30,656 nt of DNA from Candidatus Nanohalobium sp. (lineage in GTDB: Archaea; Nanohalarchaeota; Nanosalinia; Nanosalinales; Nanosalinaceae): positions 8,156 to 38,811 of the forward strand of contig JBDGTY010000061.1 in NCBI GenBank assembly GCA_042216335.1. The letters are read 5' to 3'. Every line of letters begins with the position of its first letter. The first letter of the stretch is position 1. Positions 18,058 through 26,388 of this stretch are shown here, piece after piece. The notes under the pieces are model-generated. The model made no database searches, was not told where the DNA came from, and worked only from the letters and a program-made list of their open reading frames with translations. Position numbers and translations under genes: made by a program.

Positions 18058-18077
18058 CTGACTGAACGTTCATTCAG
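18058..18077. promoter_or_regulatory. probable TetR operator, 20-bp near-perfect palindrome CTGACTGAAC|GTTCATTCAG
   Basis: 9 of 10 symmetric pairs match; lies between the tetR start codon and the TATA element in the 56-bp divergent spacer. Confidence 0.75.
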
Positions 18078-18087
18078 CTTTTTAACT
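18078..18087. promoter_or_regulatory. central TATA element probably serving both divergent genes
   Basis: CTTTTTAACT lies roughly 25-30 nt from both ATG 18056 (-) and ATG 18113 (+). Confidence 0.5.
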
Positions 18088-18112
18088 GTGGCTGTGAAAT
18101 CACGGGATATAG

Positions 18113-19210
18113 ATGGAGTCTCCGCTTAATCTACTGGCCAGGGCGCACCTGGAGCACACCGACAAGATCATCGCTTTGTGTGGCCTAATGACTGTTATCT
18201 TTGCGTTTGGGGTTCCGCAGATCCAGCTCCAGACTGATTTCCAGGCAAGCCTTCCGGATGATATCCCGGCGATCCAGGCCCAGGAGAAGGTCGAGGCCAA
18301 CTTTGGCTCTCCTGATTCGATAATCGTACTTTTCGAGACCGATAAGACCAAGCTGGAGGAGAACTACGTTACGGATGTCCGTGACCCGCGGATGATAAGG
18401 ACTCTCAACTTCCTGGAGGAGGAGCTGAGAAACGAGCCGTCGATCAGCAGCGTTAACTCGATGGCGATGCTGTTCAACACTACTCCTGAATCCAAGAAAA
18501 GAGTCAAAAAGGTTCTTCAGCGTTCCCGGGCGAGCTTCACGAACAGAGACTACACGGCGACGACGATGTATATCCAGCTAAGCAACGACATGACTGAGGA
18601 GAACGTCCGGGAAGCCACCCAGGTAATACAGGAGAACATCCGCCAGGCGCCAAAGTACCCGGGAATCAAAATCCAGACAACTGGTGTGCCTGTCATGAGA
18701 AGTGTTCTGTCCGATGTACTGATAACTGATACTGTTTCTATAATCACTATCGCCTCTCTGCTTATCTGGGTGCTGCTGATGGCTGTAAGAGGCCTGGTCT
18801 ACGGCACGGCAACATTCGCACCTCTGTTCATAGGGCTTCTCTGGGCGTTGGGTGCTATGGGTCTATTCGGCATACCGATGACGATAGCCACCATCGCGAT
18901 AGGTTCGATGCTTCTCGGCCTTGGAGTGGAGTACGGTTCGTTCATCGCGGAGAGGATTGTCGAGGAAACCGAGGAGCAGGGACTCGAGGACGGAATAATG
19001 ACGGCAGTCCCGAACACGGGCAGGGCAGTGCTCGGCTCATCGACCACGGACCTCGTCGGGTTCCTGGCATTGCTTCTTGCCTCCATCTCATTCATGCGGG
19101 ACCTGGGCCTGACGCTTGCACTGGGGGAGGGACTTACTCTGGCGGCTGCACTTCTCCTGACGCCGGCGCTGATCGTGAAGTACGAGAGATGGAAAGGTGA
19201 TACACAGTGA
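18113..19210 (+). CDS. RND/MMPL (HAE3-like) transporter, half-size subunit A
   Basis: 1 TM, an extracytoplasmic domain and 5 TM; TGVPVM and LGLGVEYG motifs; GRAVLGSSTT. Confidence 0.88.
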   Translation: MESPLNLLARAHLEHTDKIIALCGLMTVIFAFGVPQIQLQTDFQASLPDDIPAIQAQEKVEANFGSPDSIIVLFETDKTKLEENYVTDVRDPRMIRTLNFLEEELRNEPSISSVNSMAMLFNTTPESKKRVKKVLQRSRASFTNRDYTATTMYIQLSNDMTEENVREATQVIQENIRQAPKYPGIKIQTTGVPVMRSVLSDVLITDTVSIITIASLLIWVLLMAVRGLVYGTATFAPLFIGLLWALGAMGLFGIPMTIATIAIGSMLLGLGVEYGSFIAERIVEETEEQGLEDGIMTAVPNTGRAVLGSSTTDLVGFLALLLASISFMRDLGLTLALGEGLTLAAALLLTPALIVKYERWKGDTQ

Positions 19211-20397
19211 ATGGAAAGATAGGCTCAGCTTTGGAAGGATACGCGAACTTCTTGGAAGACAACCCGGTAAAAATCCTGACTGTGGCGGTCCTCGTAACTG
19301 CCGTACTGGCCTCAGGCGCCTCGAAGGTCCAGACGGAGGAAATGAGCCAGGAGGACATCCTACCGGACTCGATACCGGTGATGGCAGCCTACGACAGAAT
19401 CGCATCAGAGTTCTCAACAAGCTCCGGAACGCGCTACACCATACTGATCGAGACAGCACCTGAACACGCCAACTCGACCGAGATAAATGATCTGAGGAAT
19501 CCCAGGGCGCTTAGGTTCTTCAGGTCCGTCTCCGGAGACCTCAGAAAGTTCAGCGAGATCCAGTCAGTCTCAGGTCCCTCGGATCTGTTCAGAGATATAC
19601 CTTCAGGCATGTCAGAGTCGAAGAAAGTGTTCAAACAACTGGGAGAGGCACGCTGGAGCCAGTACGTAACCGAGGATTACTCGGCCGCGAAGATAGAGAT
19701 CAACACCTACGAACTGACCGATGATGAGAAGTTCAAGATAGCAGACCTGATCAGACAGACTGTCAGAGTCCACGACAAACCTGCCGGTCTCGATATAACC
19801 TATACCGGGCAGCCCTACATAGACCAGGCGTTCCAGCAACAGACCCAGAGGACGATGCAGTTGACAGGCATGGTGGCTATACTCGGAGTCATCGCGGTCG
19901 TCGTCATACTTTTCAGATCGATCTTCTACGGCATGACCTCGCTGCTGGCACTGATCTTCGGAATCGCAACAGGTTTCGGCATCTTCGGATGGCTGGGACT
20001 TGACATGAGTCCTGCGACATCCGGTGCACTGACCATGGGGATCGGAGTAGCGATAGACTTCGGGATACAGCCTATCGCACGTTACATCGAGGAGAGGGAG
20101 CAGTACGAGATAGAGAGGTCGATGGAGGAGACGATAAAGGGCGTCATAACGCCAATGACGGTCGGACTGATCGCAGCCAACATCGGATTCCTCTCACTCA
20201 ACGTAGGAAGGGTCACATTCCTCTCGGATCTCGGAACCCTGCTGACTCTGACAACGACAATGGCCTATGTCGCGGCATTCACGGTCATACCGCCGGCACT
20301 GGTCATCTGGGACCGCTACTTCACTTTCGGAACAGGAAAATTCACATTATCCAAACTACTCGGTAAAAACGATACTAAAGGTGAAAACTCAACATGA
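19207..20397 (+). CDS. RND/MMPL (HAE3-like) transporter, half-size subunit B
   Basis: Same topology; TGQPYI and MGIGVAIDFG motifs; GTGA overlap and AAGGTGA SD. Confidence 0.88.
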   Translation: MNGKIGSALEGYANFLEDNPVKILTVAVLVTAVLASGASKVQTEEMSQEDILPDSIPVMAAYDRIASEFSTSSGTRYTILIETAPEHANSTEINDLRNPRALRFFRSVSGDLRKFSEIQSVSGPSDLFRDIPSGMSESKKVFKQLGEARWSQYVTEDYSAAKIEINTYELTDDEKFKIADLIRQTVRVHDKPAGLDITYTGQPYIDQAFQQQTQRTMQLTGMVAILGVIAVVVILFRSIFYGMTSLLALIFGIATGFGIFGWLGLDMSPATSGALTMGIGVAIDFGIQPIARYIEEREQYEIERSMEETIKGVITPMTVGLIAANIGFLSLNVGRVTFLSDLGTLLTLTTTMAYVAAFTVIPPALVIWDRYFTFGTGKFTLSKLLGKNDTKGENST

Positions 20398-21599
20398 ACA
20401 CGAAAACACTCGTTCTTATCACAGCAGCCCTTCTCCTCACAGGAGCGGCGACATCACAGACGACCAAACCAACTACAAACATCGACCCGGTTCTCATCAA
20501 CACTGATCCTGCCCCGGTCCAGTCCGGAGAAGACGCAGAGATAACCTTCAAGCTCCGCAACACCGGAAACACGGAGGCAGAAGACGTCAAGGTCCGGATA
20601 GTCGACTCCTTCCCCTTCAAACTCAAACCGGACAGGAGGAGGAACTACTCCCTCGGCGACATCATGCCGGGACAGGAGTACCAGATTTCGACAGATGTCC
20701 TCGTCGCTGAAGACGCACCGGATGGACAGAACAGCCTCAAACTGGAGATCCATCAGGGTGACATCTCCTACACTGAGGAAGTCCCTGTACAGGTCCAGAG
20801 CCAGGACATCGAACTCAACCTCGCCAACCTACAGACAAGTCCTTCGCACCTGACACCGGACACAGAAGACGCCAAGTTGACGTTAGAAGTGGTGAACAAC
20901 GGCGAGAAAACTGCGGAGAACGTGGTGGTCAACATAGAGCTTCCGGAAGGATTCCAGGAAACCTCCAGCTTCTCTACCCGCCAGGCACTTGGCAACATCG
21001 GACCGGGAGAAGTCAAGAAAGCCTCATTCAACTTTGACATCGGGAAGAGCGCGGAGACAGGAACCGTCACGATCCCGACAGACATCACGTACTCTACCGA
21101 CGGCGACGACGCCACCTCTAGGATAACTGAGGAAGCAGACTTCAGCTTCAACCTGGCAGGGAAGCCGCAGTTCAAGGTGGTCAAAGTGGAGAGCAACCTC
21201 GCAGCCGGAGAACAGGGCCAGCTCACGATCAAGGTCAGGAACACTGGCAGCGAAAAAGCATCGGCGACAAGGATCCGAGTACTGGACTCCTCCGACATGC
21301 CGTTCAGCTACACCTCCTCAAGCCAGTACATCGGCACACTCGAGCCCAACCAGACAGGCACAGCAGTCTTCCAGGTCGACACCGAGAAAGGAGCAGTCAT
21401 CAAGGACTACCTCATCGACTTCAAGATCCGCGGAGTCAAAGACACACAGACCTACGTGGAGGAAGCAACGGTAGAAGCCGCAGTCCAGCCAGGAGAAACT
21501 GGAGGTACAAACCCGCTACCGCTCGTAGCAGTCGTGCTCATCGCAACAGGAGGACTCTACTACTTCCGCGACACAGTCAGAGAACTACTCAACCGTTAA
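20394..21599 (+). CDS. COG1361 S-layer-domain / CARDB Ig-repeat surface protein
   Basis: Signal peptide; three repeats of (L/V)xNxGxxxAxxV...LGxIxPG; C-terminal TM anchor; the usual neighbour of archaeal RND genes. Confidence 0.88.
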   Translation: MNTKTLVLITAALLLTGAATSQTTKPTTNIDPVLINTDPAPVQSGEDAEITFKLRNTGNTEAEDVKVRIVDSFPFKLKPDRRRNYSLGDIMPGQEYQISTDVLVAEDAPDGQNSLKLEIHQGDISYTEEVPVQVQSQDIELNLANLQTSPSHLTPDTEDAKLTLEVVNNGEKTAENVVVNIELPEGFQETSSFSTRQALGNIGPGEVKKASFNFDIGKSAETGTVTIPTDITYSTDGDDATSRITEEADFSFNLAGKPQFKVVKVESNLAAGEQGQLTIKVRNTGSEKASATRIRVLDSSDMPFSYTSSSQYIGTLEPNQTGTAVFQVDTEKGAVIKDYLIDFKIRGVKDTQTYVEEATVEAAVQPGETGGTNPLPLVAVVLIATGGLYYFRDTVRELLNR

Positions 21600-21606
21600 C
21601 TTTCTT

Positions 21607-22356
21607 TCATTTTTCTTTCATCTTTTCTCTGAACCACTCAACTGAAACTTCGGAAACCTTCTCGACGGATTCATCGAAGTAATGGTCGTCATCGACCTCT
21701 ACGAGCTCAGCATCATCAAGCTTCTCCACAGCTCCCCTTGACTGCTCTATCGGAACGGTCCCATCGTTACTGCCGTGGACGAAAAGTACTGGAGTCTCGA
21801 CACCATTCAGTAGCTCGTCCTGATCCAGGTTCTCCTTCTCGTCTATTACCTTCTCGGGGATGACGTACCTGTCTCGTACACCTCTTTCACGGGTCCTGAC
21901 AGTCCATCCATTCTCCCTCAATTCCTTTCTCTGCTGTTCGCTCAGCTTCTCCTGACGGTACTTTCCCAGCGAGTCAGTGACCGGAGCCATCAACACCAGA
22001 GCCTCGATATCCTCATCAGCTCTCCTCAGAGAAACCAGCCCGCCCTGACTCAGGCCGAGTACGCCGATCTCTGAAACCTCCCTGGAGTCTATGAACCTTA
22101 TAGCGGCATCCAGATCCTCAATTTCCTTTTCAACGGTGATGGAGTCATCGTCGCTCTCACCGCATCCGGAGAAATCAAACGCCAATACGTTGAAACCTGA
22201 ATCATTCAGGTTCTCCGCTATCTGAGTGAAACGTCCCCACTCCTCTTTGTTCCCGGTGAAGCCGTGAGCCATCACCACGCCTTTGTCGGAGTCGGATCTC
22301 CAGAAGTTCCCCACAAGTTCAAGCCCACGGCCGTTCTCGAATTTGACTTTCTCCAT
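21607..22356 (-). CDS. alpha/beta-fold serine hydrolase
   Basis: HGFTG, FDFSGCGES, nucleophile elbow GLSQGG, HGSNDGTV and catalytic His in DDHYF. Confidence 0.92.
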   Translation of the reverse strand: MEKVKFENGRGLELVGNFWRSDSDKGVVMAHGFTGNKEEWGRFTQIAENLNDSGFNVLAFDFSGCGESDDDSITVEKEIEDLDAAIRFIDSREVSEIGVLGLSQGGLVSLRRADEDIEALVLMAPVTDSLGKYRQEKLSEQQRKELRENGWTVRTRERGVRDRYVIPEKVIDEKENLDQDELLNGVETPVLFVHGSNDGTVPIEQSRGAVEKLDDAELVEVDDDHYFDESVEKVSEVSVEWFREKMKEK

Positions 22357-22406
22357 GTATCAGGATGCGACCTGACTCTGATAAAATTCTCCGTCAAACT
22401 CCAGTT

Positions 22407-23588
22407 ATGAATCCAAGAAAAATTAGGGAGGACTTCCCGATATTCAAGCAAAGAGAGGATCTCGTCTACCTGGACAACGCCGCCACCACACAGAAATCGG
22501 AGAAAGTCATAGATGCAGTGAAGAACTTCTACGAGGAGAACAATGCCAACGTGGGGAGAGGGCTCTACGACCTGGCGATGGACGCCACTGAACAATATGA
22601 GAACGCGAGAAGGAAGGTCGCGGACTTCATCGGAGCCTCAAAAGATGAGATAGTATTCGTCAGGAATGCGACAGAGGCGGAGAACCTGCTGGCAGAATCG
22701 CTGGAGTTTGAGGGTGACATCGTTCTCAGCGAGATGGCCCACCACAGCGAACAGCTGCCGTGGAGGAGAAAAGCAGAAGAAGAGGGCAAAGATGTCAAAT
22801 TCCTGGAGACAGAGGACGGGAGGATATCCATCGAGTCAGCAGAGGAAAAAATCGGAGAGGAAACCGGTCTTGTCGCTTTCTCGCATGTCTCAAACGTCTT
22901 CGGTGCGGAAAACCCTGTCGAGGAGATTGTGGATATAGCGCATGAAAATGATGCATTGGTTGTGCTGGATGCGGCCCAGAGCGTACCTCAAATACCGGTA
23001 GATGTTGAGGAGCTCGGTGTAGATTTTCTCTGCTTTTCTGGCCACAAGATGCTCGGACCTTCCGGCATCGGGGTACTGTACGGCAGGAGAGAGCTTCTGG
23101 AAGGCATGGGGCCGTACCAGGTCGGTGGAGGGATAATCAATTCGGTGAAGAAGGATTCTGTCGAGTATGCCGATGCTCCCGAGAGGTTTGAGGCAGGTAC
23201 TCCGAACGTTGCCGGTGCAGTGGGGCTGGCCGCGGCTGTAGGGTATCTTGAAGATATCAGATTGGAGCAGATCCGGAAACATGATGGAAAACTTGCTGAA
23301 AAGATGATACAGGGCCTGAAGGATATGGAAGGCGTCGAGGTCCTTTCTCCTGAGGGCGCGAACCTTGTCTCCTTCAGTGCCGAGTTCGCCCATCCGCATG
23401 ATGTCGCAGAGGTTCTCGGGCAGCGTGGAGTCGCTGTGAGGGCCGGCCATCACTGTGCTCAGCCACAGATGGAGGAACTTGATGTCAACGGTACGACCAG
23501 GGCAAGTCCCTATATCTACAATACTGAGGAGGATGTGGAAGAGTTTCTGGATGCGGTCAGGGAAGTCGGTGATGTTTTCCGGCCGTAA
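22407..23588 (+). CDS. sufS: cysteine desulfurase SufS
   Basis: YLDNAATTQK, DAAQS, PLP lysine in FSGHKMLGPSGIG, FEAGTP and group II RAGHHCAQP. ATG 22407 is preferred. Confidence 0.96.
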   Translation: MNPRKIREDFPIFKQREDLVYLDNAATTQKSEKVIDAVKNFYEENNANVGRGLYDLAMDATEQYENARRKVADFIGASKDEIVFVRNATEAENLLAESLEFEGDIVLSEMAHHSEQLPWRRKAEEEGKDVKFLETEDGRISIESAEEKIGEETGLVAFSHVSNVFGAENPVEEIVDIAHENDALVVLDAAQSVPQIPVDVEELGVDFLCFSGHKMLGPSGIGVLYGRRELLEGMGPYQVGGGIINSVKKDSVEYADAPERFEAGTPNVAGAVGLAAAVGYLEDIRLEQIRKHDGKLAEKMIQGLKDMEGVEVLSPEGANLVSFSAEFAHPHDVAEVLGQRGVAVRAGHHCAQPQMEELDVNGTTRASPYIYNTEEDVEEFLDAVREVGDVFRP

Positions 23589-23602
23589 CGGATTAAAGTC
23601 TG

Positions 23603-23636
23603 TGGGAATAGTTTTCCCATGTGAACTGTTATGGGA
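23603..23636. promoter_or_regulatory. overlapping inverted repeats upstream of the antitoxin, probable autoregulatory operator
   Basis: TGGGAA-N5-TTCCCA (23603-23619) and TCCCAT-N10-ATGGGA (23615-23636), just downstream of TTAAAG at about 23593. Confidence 0.55.
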
Positions 23637-23852
23637 GAGGTTACTGTTGAAGAGCGCGGCCGGGTCGTGATACCCAAGGAGTTAAGGGACAAGTTTGGAT
23701 TGAGGGGTGGTGAGAAACTTGATGTAGAGGAGAGAGACGGTGAAATCGTCCTGAAGCCTTCATCGTCTTCCGAATCTCTGAAGGAGCTGAAGGGCTGTGT
23801 TGAGGAGTCCGAAGTTGATCCATTGAGTGTGAAAGGTATCTGGAGGGAGTAA
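23631..23852 (+). CDS. vapB: AbrB/MazE/SpoVT-family antitoxin
   Basis: AbrB fold VEERGRVVIPKELRDKFGLRGGEKL...IVLKP; directly upstream of a PIN gene. Confidence 0.9.
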   Translation: MGEVTVEERGRVVIPKELRDKFGLRGGEKLDVEERDGEIVLKPSSSSESLKELKGCVEESEVDPLSVKGIWRE

Positions 23853-23855
23853 AGC

Positions 23856-24266
23856 ATGGTTTTCGTCGACAGCAACATCTGGTGCTACTACTTTGATAGT
23901 TCAGCACCCGAGCACGAGGATGTGGCCGAGAAACTCGATGAACTTCTGGAGTCGGACGAGGAGATAAGGGTGAACACTGTCGTACTGACGGAGGTCAGCC
24001 ACTTCCTGGTCAAAAACCTCGGAGGAGTGAAGGGAAGGGAGAAGCTCGACACCATGGTGGAATACCCTTTCAAGGTCACGGATCTCACCTACTCCCTGAT
24101 GGACGACTCCCTCGACATACTCTCCAGAGAACACCAGACAGGCATAGGCGGCAGAGACGCAACAATAATCTCTGCCATGAAACACGAAGACGAGGAGAAA
24201 CTGGTCACTCACGACCAGGCGTTCAAGAAAATCCAGGAGATAGAAGTCATCGACCCCGTGAGCTGA
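23856..24266 (+). CDS. vapC: PIN-domain toxin, VapC family
   Basis: Acidic tetrad in VFVDSNI, VLTEV, RDATII and LVTHDQAF. Confidence 0.92.
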   Translation: MVFVDSNIWCYYFDSSAPEHEDVAEKLDELLESDEEIRVNTVVLTEVSHFLVKNLGGVKGREKLDTMVEYPFKVTDLTYSLMDDSLDILSREHQTGIGGRDATIISAMKHEDEEKLVTHDQAFKKIQEIEVIDPVS

Positions 24267-24617
24267 ATGTACAAAGAACAGATACTCGACCACAACAAAA
24301 GACCCAGAAACACAGGCCCACTCGACACCGACATCTGGGCGGAAGGAGAAAACACCTCCTGTGGCGACAAAGTCAAGGTCTACCTCGAAGTCGAAGACGG
24401 GAAAATACAGGACATGAAACACGAGACAGAGGGATGCGCCATCTGCACAGCTGTAACCTCAATCCTCTCCGAGGAACTACCAGGCAAAAAAGTCTCCGAA
24501 GTAGAAAATCTGGATAAGGATTACGTTCTAGATTTCGTCGGCGACATCTCCCCGATGCGGTTGAAGTGTGCGATGCTGGGATTGTTGACGGTTCAGGAGG
24601 CGCTGGAAGAGCCCTGA
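24267..24617 (+). CDS. sufU: SufU/IscU-family scaffold or sulfur-transfer protein
   Basis: ILDHNKRPRN, NTSCGD, GCAICTA and RLKCA, with the three conserved Cys. Confidence 0.93.
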   Translation: MYKEQILDHNKRPRNTGPLDTDIWAEGENTSCGDKVKVYLEVEDGKIQDMKHETEGCAICTAVTSILSEELPGKKVSEVENLDKDYVLDFVGDISPMRLKCAMLGLLTVQEALEEP

Positions 24618-25171
24618 TTTTTCAGTAGTTGAAAGGCCTTCAGCATGTTCAGAGCATCATTCAACGCGTCTTGTTGAGAACGAAGATTCACTGTTTCATC
24701 GATACACTTCGCGATATCTCCACTGTGCCAGCTTTCAGCAGGGATGCCCTCTTCCTTGAAGACTGGAACGACATCCCTGAATCGATTCCTTTCCGCCTCA
24801 ACCTCCTCATCAACCAGATACAGGTTATTCTCCACGAACTCCCAATCATTTTCGAACGAATAGCAATTTATGCCTTCGCTCCACTCCAGGAAGTCTTCTG
24901 TGACCTTCTTCAGTTTTTCAGCCTGATCTACGTCTTCCTGGGTTATTCATGTCAGATTTTTGATGTAATCCGATAGCTCCGGGTTTATTTGAGGTTTGAC
25001 AAACCTGTTGAACCTGTCTATCTCCTCCATAGACTCGGTCTCTACCTTCACGGCACCTATCTGGATTATCTCCATGTACTCTCCTTTCTCGTTGTCCCAG
25101 CCGTGTTCATTACATCCTGGCCAGGAGGTGAACTCTGTGTCCCAAAGAACTATGGTAGATTCCTCAAACAT
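24593..25171 (-). pseudogene. DEDDh 3'-5' exonuclease with an in-frame TGA at codon 75
   Basis: The two listed ORFs share one frame: ExoI DTEFT, EIIQIGAVK, VKP, YIKNLT*ITQEDVD, ExoII FEND and ExoIII QDALND (His replaced by Gln). Confidence 0.85.
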
Positions 25172-25222
25172 GTCACTTCATTCTTCGCACAGCATAAGAA
25201 AGTTAACTTCTCCTGTTAAGAT

Positions 25223-25975
25223 ATGAGCCTTGAAGTAAAAGACCTTGAGGTTTCGGTTCCTGAAGAGGATATAGTCCGGGGGGTCTCCCTCGAGGTAGAA
25301 CCCGGAGAGATCCATGCTATCATGGGACCGAACGGATCGGGTAAATCAACTCTATGCAAGTCCCTCATGGGCAACCCCGAGTACGATATCGACGCAGGGA
25401 GGATCCTGGTCGACGGCGAGGACGTCACCGATGAGGAGACGCATGAAAGGGCGCAGGAAGGGCTCTTCCTCGGCTTCCAGTACCCGGCACAGGTCTCCGG
25501 CATCAAGGTCTCCGAGTTCCTGAAGGAGGCGATCGACGCCCAGAGAGAAGAAAGAGGAGAAGAACCTATGCCGCAGAGCGAGTTCAACGAACTTCTCAGG
25601 GAGAAGCTCGACCTCTTAGATATGGAAGAGGACTACGCCCGAAGATACCTTAACGAAGGATTCTCAGGAGGAGAAAAGAAGAGAAACGAGATCCTACAGA
25701 TGGCTGTACTGAATCCTAAGTACGCTATCCTCGATGAAATAGACTCAGGTCTCGATATCGATGCGCTGAAGACTGTTGCCAAGGGCATCAATACTCTGGC
25801 CGATGAAGACACCGGTATCCTGATGATTACTCATTACCAGCGCATCCTCGACCATGTAGAGCCCGATCACGTCCATGTCATGGTTGATGGGAAGATAGTT
25901 GAAAGCGGAGGCCCTGAGCTTGCCCATAAGCTTGAGGACGAGGGCTACGAGTGGGCTAAGGAACTTGCTGAATAA
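25223..25975 (+). CDS. sufC: Fe-S cluster assembly ATPase SufC
   Basis: HAIMGPNGSGKSTL, FLGFQYP, LNEGFSGGEKKRNEILQ, LDEIDSGLDIDAL and ITHYQRIL. Confidence 0.97.
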   Translation: MSLEVKDLEVSVPEEDIVRGVSLEVEPGEIHAIMGPNGSGKSTLCKSLMGNPEYDIDAGRILVDGEDVTDEETHERAQEGLFLGFQYPAQVSGIKVSEFLKEAIDAQREERGEEPMPQSEFNELLREKLDLLDMEEDYARRYLNEGFSGGEKKRNEILQMAVLNPKYAILDEIDSGLDIDALKTVAKGINTLADEDTGILMITHYQRILDHVEPDHVHVMVDGKIVESGGPELAHKLEDEGYEWAKELAE

Positions 25976-26007
25976 ACTACTTAACTTTTCTGTACTTTTG
26001 TTACTTT

Positions 26008-26388
26008 ATGGTTAAGCCTGGCGTTGATCTGAATAACAAGTTGCATAGCCGTGTTTTGTGTTACCTATCTGACTCTGATGTGGTATCTGGTGATTATCAC
26101 TTTGAACGAGATGGTTCTGATGCGCCACCGAACTTTCTGAATTACTCGAAGAGGAATCCTTCAGCTGAGATAATTGAGAATCCGGATTACCGGTTTAATT
26201 ACTCTCTCAAGGTGGATGGACAGGATACAAGTTTGGATGTTTTGTCTGCAGAAGGCGAGATGGAGGTCTGGAGTCAGGCCAATGGCAAGACAGGTGAAGT
26301 GTTCGGCAGATTCGGAAAGGCACTGGATGGAGACTTTGAAGAGGTAGAAGATGACATACTCTACATCAAAGATCCTGAGTTCATTTAA
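26008..26388 (+). CDS. hypothetical protein (126 aa, acidic)
   Basis: Acidic ORF filling the gap, with a TATA-like TTAACTTTT upstream; no motif recognised. Confidence 0.65.
   Translation: MVKPGVDLNNKLHSRVLCYLSDSDVVSGDYHFERDGSDAPPNFLNYSKRNPSAEIIENPDYRFNYSLKVDGQDTSLDVLSAEGEMEVWSQANGKTGEVFGRFGKALDGDFEEVEDDILYIKDPEFI

Noticed and set aside
19190-19215. RND split as a sequencing frameshift
   Set aside because: The break is at the repeat boundary, and gene B has its own SD, start codon and N-terminal segment.
24947-24949. Genome-wide TGA=Gly recoding (code 25) or selenocysteine
   Set aside because: Many genes here end at TGA at their expected C-termini, often in ATGA/GTGA overlaps (476, 808, 10984, 19207, 20394). 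The position is a conserved Gly, not Cys.
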